Shown: positions 10,961 through 24,419, counted from the stretch's first letter. The stretch: 64,000 bases of DNA from Octopus vulgaris (GCA_951406725.2 OX597817.1:174902001-174966000), one strand, 5' to 3'. Notes: a model not told the origin generated them from the letters alone. Made by a program: numbers and translations.

Positions 10961-13900
10961 TAGTAATTATACTTACATTAAATGTCTGATTGTTTAGCAT
11001 ATGATGTGCTGTGCCTTATTAATCAATTAATTAATTAATTAACTGTTTGCCAATGAATTTATAGTTATGCAAATTAGACAGTTAATTTCACCTGAATTCT
11101 GGTTTGTGATTGATATAAATAACTATATGCTAGCAATATCACAATGAGCAGAAACCAAGGCCGAAGCTGGAGACATACACCTGCCAGCTCAAGCCCCTTA
11201 ATGTAGTCTGGACCCCATTGGGGTGCTAAGGTCACCTAGAAGCGTGACAGTTCCGCATGGCCCAACCCGTAAGTGAATCTCAAAATAGCGATGAAAACAG
11301 TTAAGGCAATCTCAAAATTCATGAAGGGATTAAAAAAAGGATTGGTTTATATTTTGTGATAAGGATTATAATTTGAAAATTGTTTGTATGCCTACATTAA
11401 ATTTCAGGTTATCTGCATGCACATATATGTGTGTATTGTATGTGCATGTATGTGCATATATACATGTTTAAAAGATGTTATAGGCATAAAATCTGTGAAC
11501 CTTAACAGAGAAGATTCTATACAAGTGCAGAGCCAGATATTAAAATACTTGACAGTAACTATGAAGTCTCACTCTGAGTTCAAATTCCAACAAAGTCCCT
11601 TCAGATGTAAAATTAACATATTGCTCCATTTAGCACCACTAACTGGTATCATGGGTGCCTTTGACAGAATCCACTCTGTTTCAATCATTCAAGTCAGGTT
11701 TCTAATTTGTGGATACCTTCCTCTCTCTCTCCAACCAGTCTTGAAGTTATGGGTACTGCTTTGCCTTCTGACTGGGTACTGGGTTGTGGGTACTGCTTTG
11801 TCTTCTGGCTAAAAAAAGATAGCTGAGTCATTGGTGTAGCTATATTGTTCTGGTGATCTGATAAGCTAGCTTTTTCTGAAATTATTATTCCATGAAGAAG
11901 GCTGCAAAACAGCCATACTCCTAAAGCTGACATGTGGTTAAATAAATATATTCTTCACTCATACCTTCTGACTTATTATGGTTTAAATACTCCTGGACCT
12001 CCTGGATCTCCTGGATTTCATCTGCATGAAACTCTGCATTATACTCTTCTGTACTGGAATACTATTTAGTCTGTTAGCCAAGCCCACTAAAGGAATTTTC
12101 TGTGATAGTCACATGATTCTATAGATCCATATATTACACTACAAATATATGGTACGCATCAATGAGTTTTCAGTACCCATGTAGCAAATCTATTCACAAG
12201 GCTTTGATTGACCCCGGGCACACATATGTATACAGCAGTTAATTTTGATTCACAAATAATTGTTGACAGTTGGGTGTTTTGGTTTAATTTTTGATTATTC
12301 TGTGAGGTCATGCATTTTCTTTTTATTTTGTAATTAGAGATTGAAGTAAAACGAAAGAATTCTGCCTTTTAAATTTAGATAATGGCTGTAATTAGCTTTT
12401 GATTGTCTGGTATATGTCATACAAGGTAAGCACATGAAATACAAGCGTGTTTCTTTCTCACAACCTTTGAGGCAGACCTTCGCCATTTCATTGTTCTGCC
12501 TTACATAATTTCTTTAGTTTCTCTCTTTACTTAATTCTTAGAAAAACAGTGAGTCACATGAGTATTCAAGACTCCCAGCAAACATATGTGAACATAATTA
12601 TTAGATTGCCAATAGGAAAAAATATATATAAAATATATATAATTGTATGTGTATATATATGTGTGTGTATACACATATCAGAGAGACAGAGAGAGGGGCA
12701 GAGAGAGGAAGAAAGAGAGAGAGAGAGAGAGGGGGAGAGAGAGTGTGTCATATCCATATATTGTCTTGCTGTGAAATTAGGTCTCTTGAGTGCCTTTTCA
12801 GTAGCTTGACATCTCCATTGAGAATGAATATCTACAAACATGACTCCATATATTTCATCGTTATTTTTGTTGTCAATAATAATCAACATTGTTATCATCA
12901 TCATCATCATCGTCATGTTGTTGTCATCGTTGTCATTGATATTGTTATCATTGTTACCATTGTCATTTGCAGCATCACAATGTTTTGTTTTTTTTGTTTT
13001 GTTATTATGCTCCATGGATTGAAGAAGATTTCTTGAAGCAATATTCTTTGGTCAGATTTCTTTCTTAATGTCAACTCTTGTTTTCAAGTTAGGTACTTTA
13101 TCCTCTGCTTCCTCATGGGTTAAACTGTTGATTTGTAGGACATATTGTTTCTGTGCAACATTATCAAATGACACCATTGACCAAAGACAAGGAAATACAC
13201 ACACACACACACACATACACGTTGATACAAACACATTGACAAAAATGCACACACATACGTTGATGCAAACACACTGACTCAAACACATGCACACACACAC
13301 ACACACAACTATATACTGCAGATTTCTATATTTCATTCACAAGACATTGGTCAAAATAAAGTTATGGTAACAGACTCTGGTCCGAAGTTCCACACACTAA
13401 GATCAAACTTGAAACCACAATGACGTGAAGCAAACTTCTTAGTTATGTCTTGACCTATAGTTTTAATTCTGTGTCCCATTGGAAGCACATCTCTTGATAA
13501 TGTTTCTGTAACTACATGCAGTTTCACATTTGCTGGTAAATTTTATTCTCTGCTGTTTATTGGGCATAAGGTTATTATTCAAACAATAACAAATAACAGG
13601 ATATTAGGAAAGTAGATCTAAAGGGGAAGGTTGACTATGTAGCAACTGGTAATTTGGTTGTTAGAATATGCCATGTTTATTCTCCTAAAAATAACATTTA
13701 AAAAAGAGAAGCACAAATGTTTGTGTGTACAAGAGTAAGAAAAAGAGAGCAGGGGTGGGAGATAAGGAGAGAGAGAGAAATGTAAGAAGAAGAGAGGGGA
13801 GAGGATTTGACTGGAAGAAAGAAAGAAAAACAGAGTTGTTTGTAGGAGTTTTGACGTGATGTGAATGGGTTATGCAAACTTAATGCAAACTTGGAGGAAA

Positions 13901-14330
13901 ACTGTCCTAGGTTTCTGGTTGATAGTATCTAGGGCAAAGATAAAAGAAGAAAGAGATAGCTATTCGAGATATAAAAGAAAATTTGACATTATAGACGAAC
14001 TAACTAAAGTTGAAAGACTGTTGAAAGCTAGATCCATCCTATCTATGTCTGCATAAGAATAATATAATAATATAATATTGGCACGAAACGATTATTGGCA
14101 AGGGCCATAATGAAATGAAAATCCTATTGTGTCAGGCCTAAAATTAAGAAAAAAAAAAATCTTATTTCCCACCTTCTGTTAATGTTTATATTTTATATTT
14201 CTACAGAACTTTATAACAATAAATTCAATCAATAAACTGTGTTAGTTTCCATAACTTCATACTTTATTTATACAACAAAAACCATAACTTTTTCCTTTCC
14301 ATATATCTATATATAATATCTCTCTATCTG

Positions 14331-14466
<136 letters not shown>

Positions 14467-15222
14467 TCTAAGATAGATTGTATTGTTGCTTGCATTATTA
14501 AGTTTTTTGTAATAATCAACATTTTAATGAGAAGTTTATCGAGGGAGTTTTAATATATATTTTTTTCTCTCCATCGTATACATTACATCTTTCCTTGTTG
14601 ATTCACAACTTAGCAGCTGCCTAACTGGAATGCAAGGGAGGAGGGTGAAGTGAAAAAAAAATAAACGTAAAATATAGAATAAACTTCTTTGCATCATGTT
14701 GAGTCATCACAGCAGAACCCAATCTCTGGGTGTTTGGACTGTTACAAATGAAGCCATGAGAAGGAACCTTATGGATTTTGTTGTTTTTTAATTTACCCCA
14801 GCAGGCTTTCATTTTATTGCCTGTATTAATAAACTATTAATATGGTATATAATATAATACAATCTAGTTATAATATAATAGTGGCGTTTTTCTGCCTCAT
14901 CCTCCTCATCATTGTCGTCGTCATCGTTGTTGTCATCATCATCGTCATCATGATCATCATCATGATCATTACTGGCATTGGCATCAGTGGCAGCGTTGGC
15001 ACTGGTGGCGGTGTTGGTGTTGGCATTGTCATCATAATCATGATCAATTTTAGCGGAGGTGTAAATCGATTACATTGACCCTAGTGCTCAGCTGGTACTT
15101 ATTCCTATTGGTAGGATGAAAGGCTATAATCAAACCTTGCTGGTATTTGAACTCAGAACGTAAAGTCAGACAGAATACCACAAAGCAAATACAGACAGAC
15201 ACAAAGACTGACAGGATACCAT

Positions 15223-15458
15223 TAAGGCGTCGAGCTGGCAGAGTGGTTAGCTTGCCAGGCAAAATGCTTAACGGTATTTCGTCTGCTGTTACGTTCTGAT
15301 TTCAAATTCCGCTGAGGTCGACTTTGCCTTTCATCCTTTCGGGGTCGATTAAATAAGTACCAGTTATGCACTGGGATCGATGTAATCGACTTAATCCATT
15401 TGTCTGTCCTTGTTTGTCCCCTCTATGTTTAGCCCCTTATGGGCAATAAAGAAATAAG
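15223..15458 (+). mobile_element. SINE family B (MetaSINE-like core), nested in an older opposite-strand copy
   Basis: aaggcgtcgagctggcagagtggttagc head; ggtcgactttgcctttcatcctttcggggtcga core; the older family-B copy is split around it (~15040-15515). Confidence 0.85.
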
Positions 15459-15557
15459 AATACCACAAAGCATTTTACCTGATGTTCTAACAATTCTGCC
15501 AGTTTGCTGTCTTACCATTAATTAGATATTTCCTAAATCAGAATCAAGACTTGATTC

Positions 15558-15687
15558 CCAAGACTGACAAAGATTTTTGATCCAAGTCTGACAAAGATTT
15601 TTGATCCAAGACTGACAAAGATTTTTGATCCAAGACTGACAAAGATTTTTGATCCAAGACTGACAAAGATTTTTGATCCAAGGCTGA
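15558..15687. repeat. 24-bp minisatellite x5
   Basis: CCAAGACTGACAAAGATTTTTGAT repeated five times plus a partial copy. Confidence 0.95.
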
Positions 15688-16018
15688 ATATTTAGTCATT
15701 TCCTATGGCCTTCTCTAAATTTTTTATTAATTCCAAGTATTTTCTTTGTAGTGGGATAAGCTGTACCAACTTATGTTGCTTATTTACAGATGAAGGATTG
15801 AACCAGCAATAGACAGGTTTCCAACTCATGTACACAGTGCAGCACTAAAAGAAAAACGGCAAACCATTATGTCTCCAATCATCAAGCTAACAGCCAATCA
15901 ACACACCAAGCTTTAACAACCATCAAAACAACATTGAGTATTTAGTTCAAATAAGGAAATATGATATTAGCTTTAAGTACAATGACTTCAACATAAACTA
16001 TCCTGGTCCTGTCTAACT

Positions 16019-16149
<131 letters not shown>

Positions 16150-18827
16150 ACCTCTAAATGGTCAGTCAATCCACTAGGAATAACTATAATATTTCTCTCA
16201 GATTACATATCCTCATGTCACATTCAAGCAATGTGATCTTAGAATTACTGACTAAACAAAAGACAATCTCAGAGGTTCTGTAAAACAGAAAAGGTCATAG
16301 GCACTTCCATCCTTGTCAGTCCTGTCAAACAGACCTATGATCAAAGGTATTCTAGTTATGACCATCCTGTCTTTTATTTTTGCTGTGGTATATCCAGGAT
16401 TACAATATCCAGTATATAGTCTTTATTTTGTTGTCCTTTGATTATAGACAATACAGTTTGGTTTAAGGGAGATTTGGTTGCTATTTCTAACAAGTCAATA
16501 AACCACATATAGATTCCATCTCTATGTTTCCTAAATATGAAACTGTTATGTCAATACCTGAACTTTTATGTTTTTGTATTTCATTTTTTTATGTGTGAAA
16601 TGGTAGTGTTATAAACCACAGTACTACCATTTGTTAGGTGCCAAGAGATGTTATCAGATTTTGCATGCGACTAAAAGAAAAATAAAACATTTGTCTATTT
16701 GACTGTTAATCTCTTCTTGTGTGTGGCAAATGTATTAGCTGGATTTGACATGCAGCTGTGTCTATTGTGATATGAAATAATGTAACAGATTTCATCAGCA
16801 TAAAATGTTAAATGCTCATTATACAGTGAAATTGGGATGAGGTTAAGGAAGGTGTACAGGACTGGTGTGTTTATCAGAAATGCATATTAATCTAGTTTCT
16901 TCATGAAACCAGGCTGAAACATAGGTACCATTCCAATATCATGGTTCAGTAAGTTAGTATTAAGAATCGTGTTTGGCTGATAAATACTCAATCCAATAAT
17001 TCATACAAGTGACTAAATTAAAGATGCGTGGTGGGGAAAGGGTATTAAAAAAGAATAGAAATTTGTAAAATTTATTTCATTGAATGTAATTTAAGCCATT
17101 TCACGGTGACGTGAAGGGGTGCTAATACAATGATAATGATGAGGAGGACAGAAAGAAGGAGGTGGTGGCTTAGAATCAATTGAAAGATCACCACAAGCAT
17201 CATCACCATCATCGTCATCATCATCATCGTTGTCGTCGTCGTCATCATATTCATCTTCATTGTCACCACCACCACCACCAACAACAAATACTACCACCAC
17301 TAAACACTACCACCACCATCACCACCACCATCACCACCAACACCACCATCACCACCATCACCACCACCACTAAGCACCACCACCACTATCACCCCTAAGC
17401 ACCACCACCACCACCATCACCACCACCACCATCACCACCAACACCACCACCATCACCACCACCACTAAGCACCACCACCACTATCACCCCTGAGCACCAC
17501 CACCACCACCACTACCCTCATTGCCATCATTATCACCAGCGTCATTGTTGGTGTTGAGGTGACAGAATCATTGGAGTGTCAGTAAAAATATGTTTTATGG
17601 TTATTTCTTCCAACTCTTTACTTTCTGGGTTCAAATCCCACCAAAGTCATTTCTGCCTTTCGTCTTTGGGAGTAATGGGAGGAGAAGATAGAATAAAATA
17701 TCAGTCAAACACTGGGGGCCAATAGTATTTACCAGTCCTCTCCCCTCCCCTCAAAAACTTTGAAGGTTCTTGTGCCTAAATTAAAAACAAATACTCATCA
17801 AAGTAATTACGGAAATGACCATTACGATGAGAATCATGCTGCAGTAGCAGCTGCTTCTGATGCTGGAGGTGATGGTGGGGGAGATGGTGGTGGTGGTGGT
17901 TTTAGCGGTGGCGGTGGGGTTGGTGGTAGTGGTGGTGGTAGTGATGGTAGTGGAGTGGTGGGGCCCATGGAGGTGGTGGCAGCTGCAGTGGTGATGGCGG
18001 TGACAGGGATGGTAGCAGCAGTGGTGGTGGTGGTGTTGGTGGTAGTAGTAGTGGTGTTGGTGGCAGTAGTGGCGGTGTGGTGATGATGGTGGTGGTGGTG
18101 GTGGTGGTAACAATGACAATGATGAGGAGGAGAAGGAGTGGGATGATGATGACAACAGCAACAATGGTGATGATGATGATGATGATGACGACGACGACAA
18201 CGATGATGACAACAATGTCGACAACAGTGAAGCTGGCATTAATGCTGCTTTTTGACATTGTAAAAGTTATTGCAGAATAGATTAAATCACAGACCTTTTA
18301 TGTATTTTGTTATTATTATTATTATTATTGTTGTTGTTGCTGTTGTTGACAAAAATTGTTAATATCAGGTTAAAACTTTAGATCTCTAAAGTGAGGTTTG
18401 ACATGTTCTGTTAAAAGTCGGCAAAACCTAACTATTTTCAAGAGAAAGAGTAAAAAAAAAAGAATGGGAATGCATTTATTACGTGCACATGAAATGAAAA
18501 TTTTAGATGTTTAAGAAAAATCAATTTTAAGATGTTATGTAATATTAAGAAAAAAAACCCACAAATAAAAGCAAAATTTTAATAATCATTGAAAAACAAA
18601 TTCTGTAAAATATTTCAAATCATTAGTTTTATAATTTCATTTTCAATTAACCAACATCGGGCTAAGGAAAAAAAAGAATTAAAGGCAATGAAAAAAGCTG
18701 CATGTGGAATAAGATAAAATATTTGCTATTGTTTTTAAAAGGAACAAAAGAATGGACGATAAAAGTTGATAGAGAAACAGCAGTCTATGTATCATGGAGT
18801 TAGTTCACATTATTCTGTAAGGAGCAT

Positions 18828-19042
18828 AGAACCAGTTTCCTGGCTGCTCTGGCATGTATGTTCCTCCCTGGATAGGATGCCAGTCTGTCGCAGGCTACTA
18901 ATTTTCACCAGCTGGAGTAAACTGTGGCAATGTGAAATGGAGTGTTTTGCTCAAGAATGCAATGCATCACCCAGTCCAGGAACTGAAACCACAATCTTAT
19001 GATCATGAGTCCAACACCCTAACCACTAAGCCATTCGCTTCC
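18828..19042 (-). mobile_element. tRNA-derived SINE with V-domain-like segment (family V)
   Basis: Minus-strand head tggcttagtggttagggtgttggactcatgatc; cctgcgacagactggcatcctatccagg; related to 55818-56182. Confidence 0.7.
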
Positions 19043-19378
19043 ATATCTAAGTACCATACTGAATGCCTAAACACCTACACCATTGACTAACAAGTTACTG
19101 CAGGTTTTTGTCAGAGATAAAATCTCTCATGGATGTGCTGTGTGTACAAAACACAATATATATCAGAGGGAGACAAAAACCCACCCTGGCAGTGATTAGC
19201 AAAAACACCAGACGTATTTCAGCCTTCTTAAAACTTGTCAGTGATGAGTACTTGCAACCAGTTTCATGTCTAGATAAAATTTGTTTCTGCTAGTATAGAA
19301 AAAAGTGCATAACATATACACTGGTATAGCAAATAGCTACCAGGCTAAAAAGAATCTGGTGAATGTAATTGAAGCAGT

Positions 19379-19870
19379 CATCATCATCATCATCATCGTT
19401 TAGCGTCCGTTTTCCATGCTAGCATGGGTTGGACGGTTCTACTGGGGTCTGTGAAGCCAGAAGGCTTCATCAGGCCCAGTCAAATCTGGCAGTGTTTCTA
19501 CGGCTGGATGCCCTTCCTAACGCCAACCACTCCGTGAGTGTAGTGGGTGCTTTTTACGTGCCACCCGCACTGGTGCCAGACAGAGCTGGCAAACGGCCAC
19601 GAACGGATGGTGCTTTTTATGTGCCACCGGCATGAGGGCCAGGCGAGGCTGGCAACGGACACGAAACGGGGCGGTGCTGGCAACGGTCGCGAAACGGAAA
19701 GTTCTCTTACATGCCACCGGCACTGGTAACACATCTGCAATTTCCATTGATCGATTTCCATTGATCGATTTCGATTCTGATCCTCACTTGCCTCAACGGG
19801 TCTTCACAAGCAGAGTTTTGACATGCCACCGGCACTGGTAGCACATCCGCAATTTCCATTGATCGATTTC
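19379..19870 (-). mobile_element. SINE-like family C, young copy
   Basis: (CAT)n tail on the left, CpG-rich body, nearly identical to 20822-21243 in inverted orientation. Confidence 0.9.
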
Positions 19871-20086
19871 GATAGAGAAACAGCAGTCTATGTATCATGG
19901 AGTTAGTTCACATTATTCTGTAAGGAGCATAGAACCAGTTTCCTGGCTGCTCTGGCATGTATGTTCAGTATTAAATTAAAATAGCTGTTTATGTATCATA
20001 CTCAATGTATGTACATTGTGGAAAGGCAAGTTAGTGTGGTTTTCAACTGAGATAAAAATCTCTTATGGACATGCTGTACAATAGTT

Positions 20087-20280
20087 ATTGGGTTCAAATT
20101 TTGGCACAAGGCCAGCAATTGGGTGGGTGGGGGGTAAGTCAATTACATCAACCCCAAAACTCAAAAGAATTAAAGATAATGTTGACCATGATGGAATTTG
20201 AACTCAGAATATAAAGCCAGATGAAATGCTGCAAAGCATTTTGCCTGGCATGCAAACAGTTCTGTTAGCTCATCACCTTA
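20087..20280 (-). mobile_element. SINE family B, older copy
   Basis: ttttggcacaaggccagcaatt...gaatttgaactcagaa...aagcattttgcctggc. Confidence 0.7.
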
Positions 20281-20777
20281 TGCTGAACAATAATACTTAA
20301 AAGAGATGAAAACTTACCCTGTCAGACACATTTTGGTTTTGTGGGGCCTTGTCAATAATATGTACACACAACCAGTCACAAGCTTCGATGAGGTATATCA
20401 CTTCCAGTATAGGAAACAATACAGTCACTAAGCTGAATAAATAATCTAGTGAATGCAATTGAAAAAGTATTAAATTAAAATAGCTATCTATATATCATAA
20501 TTAATGTATATACTCAGTTGCAGGCAAGATACTGTGGCTTTCATTATAAATAAAATCTCTTAAAACAGAATTTATATCAGAGGGAGTTGAAAAGTCAGCC
20601 CCAAAGAAGCTAGTGAGAATGCCAGATACGTTTCAGCCGTGATGGGTCTTGTCAATGATATGTAGTCACAGCTAGCCACATGCCTAGATGAGATTTGTCA
20701 CCTTTGATATAACACCAGGTTGACCAATATCTTATTAGTGAATTTGATAGAAGGGAACTGAATGTGGAATCCTGTTA

Positions 20778-20821
<44 letters not shown>

Positions 20822-21243
20822 ATCGAAATCGATCAATGGAAATTGCAGATGTGTTACCAGTGCCGGTGGCATGTAAGAGAACCTTCCGTTTCCCAACCGT
20901 TGCCAGCGCCGCCCCGACTGGCCTCGTGCCGGTGGCACATAAAAAGCAGCATCCGTTCGTGTCCATTGTCAGCCTCGCCTGGCTCTCGTGCCGGTGACAC
21001 ATAAAAAGCACCATCCGTTCGTGGCCGTTTGCCAGCTCTGTCTGGCACCTGTGCGGGTGGCATGTAAAAAGCACCCACTACACTCACGGAGTGGTTGGCG
21101 TTAGGAAGGGCATCCAGCCGTAGAAACACTGCCAGATTTGACTGGGCCTGATGAAGCCTTCTGGCTTCACAGACCCCAGTAGAACCGTCCAACCCATGCT
21201 AGCATGGAAAACGGACGCTAAACGATGATGATGATGATGATGA
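20822..21243 (+). mobile_element. SINE-like family C, young copy
   Basis: Module repeats, RTE-type tail and (GAT)n. Confidence 0.9.
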
Positions 21244-22308
21244 TATTGGGTCATCCAATAGATAATGCAGTTTTTCTATACTTCTTTTATTTTTAAAACT
21301 TAAGATGAACAAAGTTCTTTTTTAATCTAAAATATATTCTCCTTCATTTTCTACAATGCTCTTCCATCTATCTGGTAAACTTGCAAGGCCCCTCGTTCTT
21401 GCCATCCAGTTGAGTTCGATGAAGAGTGATTAAGCCAACTTTTGCATGAAAATTCTCGTCAAACGACAAGGGAACTGGCAGAGAAAATGGAATGCTCCCA
21501 CACTGCTATAGAGAAGCATCTTCACTCGATGGGAAAGTTTCAGAAGTATGGAGCATGGGTTCCGCATGCTTTAAGTGACAACAACAAAAATCAACGAGCC
21601 ACAATCTCCGCTGGTTTGCTTGCTCGTCACCGCTCAACTCATGGACATAAGCAATGATTTCTTTACCGAATCGTTACTGGTGCCGAAAATGGTGCCTGTA
21701 CATCAATATAAAGCAGTGTAAAGAATAGCTAACCCCGGTAAACAAGCGACACTGCTCGTGAAACAAGATCTTCATCTGCATAAACCGATGTTGTGCATAT
21801 GGTGGGACAGGGAAGGGATTATCCATTACGAATTGCTTGAATGGAACCAAACAGTCAACACGGAACTCTATGTTCAACGGATGGAACGACTCGACATGGC
21901 TATTCAAGAGAAAAGACCTAATCGGCAGCATGGAGTTCTTCTGCTGCATGACAACGCCCACCCTCATATTGCCAATATGACCAAGGAAGCCATCCAAACA
22001 CATGGCTGGGAAGTGCTGCCACACTCGCCGTTCTCTCCTGATTTGACATGGATTTCCACCTTTTTCGATCGCTTTCAAATTCTCTTTCAAAATCTATGCG
22101 CGGAGTTTCGTTCAATACTGATGCAGAATTGAAAGCTTGGTTGGATCAATTTTTCAAGTTGAAATCGGGTGATTTCTACCAATGAGGTATTGAAAATCTT
22201 GTTGAATGTTGGGAAGAAGTTGTAAACAACAAGGGTGAATACATTATTGATTAATTAGTTGTTATTTTTTATTAAACCTTTTAAGAAATTTTAATTGCCA
22301 ACCCAATA
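21244..22308 (+). mobile_element. Mariner transposase pseudogene; chimeric element bounded by two different mariner 3' ends
   Basis: Plus strand: HENSRQTTRELAEKM, GAWVPHAL, IVTG.EKW, MLCIWWDREGIIHYELL, LLHDNAHPH, HSPFSPDL, GIENLVECWEEVVNNKGEYIID*. Minus strand 21246-21405 encodes a second C-terminus, RGLASLPDRWKSIVENEGEYILD*. TA at both ends. Confidence 0.9.
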
Positions 22309-22342
22309 GAAAACAACTTTCAAGGACAATATAAAAATAACT

Positions 22343-22376
<34 letters not shown>

Positions 22377-22919
22377 TACATATATACATATACACACATA
22401 CATATATGTGTGTGTATGTATGTATGTATTGATAGTTTGTGCATATATAAAAATAAACAAAATTGCTCATAGTGAGTACAACACCCTAACCACTAGACCA
22501 TGGTCATATATATATATATATACACGTGTGTGTGTATATATACATATATATGTACACATACAAGTTAGGTAAATAATCAGCTGGCAATATTTTTAGTCTT
22601 AAATCTATAGCAATATAATCACATGGGACTTGATATGAAATGGTTATAATATGATACAAGTCTCTTTCATATGATACTACTTGCTAAATGTTGGATCCTA
22701 TATAAGTAAGGGATTCTCATATGACTTAACCTCCAATCAACACAGCATGGGGACAGATGTTAAAAAGATAAAGGAGTTAATATATGTGAAATGCTGACAG
22801 ACATTACTGATGAATGTATACCCATAAAATGTTTGAACAATCCCATTTGTTTTTACATATGTACACAAACTATCAATACATATATACATGCATACATACA
22901 TACGTACATATACATATAC

Positions 22920-22981
<62 letters not shown>

Positions 22982-22999
22982 AGATATATATATATATTA

Positions 23000-23030
<31 letters not shown>

Positions 23031-23115
23031 AGATATATATATTATCAGGATGGGCATCCGGCCGTAGAAACTTGCCACACGCATAGCGCTGCGTATATGT
23101 GCATAGATATAGATA

Positions 23116-23156
<41 letters not shown>

Positions 23157-23769
23157 TTTTTGTATGTATGTATGTATGTATGTGTGTATGCATGTATGTA
23201 TATATGTATGCATGCATCCATGCATGCATGCATGTATGTATGTATGTATGTATGTATGTATATATCTATGTATGTATGCACACACATGCGTATGCATTAA
23301 TAGAAGCTGACATGGAAAAAGACTGACATCAAACAAATGAATTCATAAATACACTTAGAAATACAAGTTAGGAAAATAATCAATTAGCAATATTTTTAAC
23401 CCTAAATTTTACAGTAATAATAACTTGTATCAGTTACCATGACATACTATACCCGCCCCAGCCACCAAACATGTCAGCCTGAGCTAAACATTTTCCCACC
23501 CTAAGATATAATACCACAAAGACAGCTTTATTCCTAGACACCAGGATAACTTTACACGCCACTCCCTACATCTATCAGTATAATAGAGACAAACTAATTT
23601 TATGTCTACCTACATCAAATTACTACCATGCATTTTCTTCCTCCATTTCTGTGGCCATGGTCATCTCTTTACTCGTGGTAGGCCAGAGGAGACTGAGAGT
23701 GGCCAGAGGAAACTGAGAGTGGCCAGAGCTGTACCTCAAGAATTTGTTCTCAGCCCCTCTTGTTTATTA

Positions 23770-24155
23770 TACTCTTTACTCTCTTTTACCCTTTTACTTG
23801 TTTCAGTCATTTGACTGTGGACATGCTGGAGCACCACTTTTAGTTGAGCAAATCGACCCCAGGGCTTATTCTTTGTAAGCCTAGTACTTATTCTATCGGT
23901 CTCTTTTGCCGAACCGCTAAGTTGTGGGGATGTAAACACACTAGCATCGGTTATCAAGCGATGTTAGGGGGACAAACACAGACACACAAACACATACACA
24001 CACACACATATACATACACATATACACGACAGGCTTCTTTCAGTTTCCGTCTACCAAATCCATTCACAAGGCTTTGGTTGGCCCAAGGCTACAGTAGAAG
24101 ACACTTGCCCAAGGTGCCATGCAGTGGGATTGAACCCGGAACCATGTGGTTGGTC
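23770..24155 (-). mobile_element. SINE family A
   Basis: Reverse-complement copy with truncated head. Confidence 0.9.
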
Positions 24156-24419
24156 AATCAGTTTCACTCAAAACACATGAGTTGATCAATGGTTATAGTA
24201 TAGAATGTTGACTGATAATGTTCACACAGTTGGACTAAATCCCTTGACAACATGATACTAAATGCTTACTTTGTAATCAACCAACAATGTCTGTGCCTAT
24301 ATCTTTGAAATATATTCATTCCAAAGCCTTGAAGGGCCTCTAGAAATAGGTGACTGTTTTTGTTACCAATAGCAGAATTTGTGTGTTATTTTTCAAAGCA
24401 TTGTAAATTGAATAATGAA

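Larger units (their letters stand above)
19090..20750 (-). mobile_element. Tandem array of three ~300-bp units, each with a decayed type I hammerhead (non-LTR retrozyme-like)
   Basis: Shared blocks (ataaaatctct, tatatcagagggag, gtgaatgyaattgaa..agtattaaattaaaatagct) and HHR-like motifs at 19206-19246, 20321-20360 and 20619-20661; interrupted by two SINE insertions. Confidence 0.6.

Noticed and set aside
11384-11812. 142-aa ORF as a host gene
   Set aside because: Mix of TA/TG repeat, SINE fragment and a probable decayed LINE RT (GAFDRIH); not a coherent protein.
15558-15687. Short regular repeats (also 78-160 and 32043-32122) as a CRISPR-like array
   Set aside because: Head-to-tail repeats without unique spacers, in a eukaryotic context with no cas genes.
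17072-18280. His/Thr/Gly/Asp-rich ORFs (also 33045-33372 and 48859-49371)
   Set aside because: Trinucleotide microsatellite mosaics that are open in many frames on both strands.
21145-21175. CTGATGA followed by the hairpin TGAAGCC/GGCTTCA in family C
   Set aside because: No GAAA or stems I/III, so not a hammerhead.
22800-22840. CTGATGA-ATG..CAT-AAAA motif
   Set aside because: Core G12 is absent and there is no stem I; too weak.
22555-23430. ~70-bp diverged direct repeat (tacaagttagg.aaataatca)
   Set aside because: Short and old; a local duplication cannot be distinguished from a dispersed repeat.
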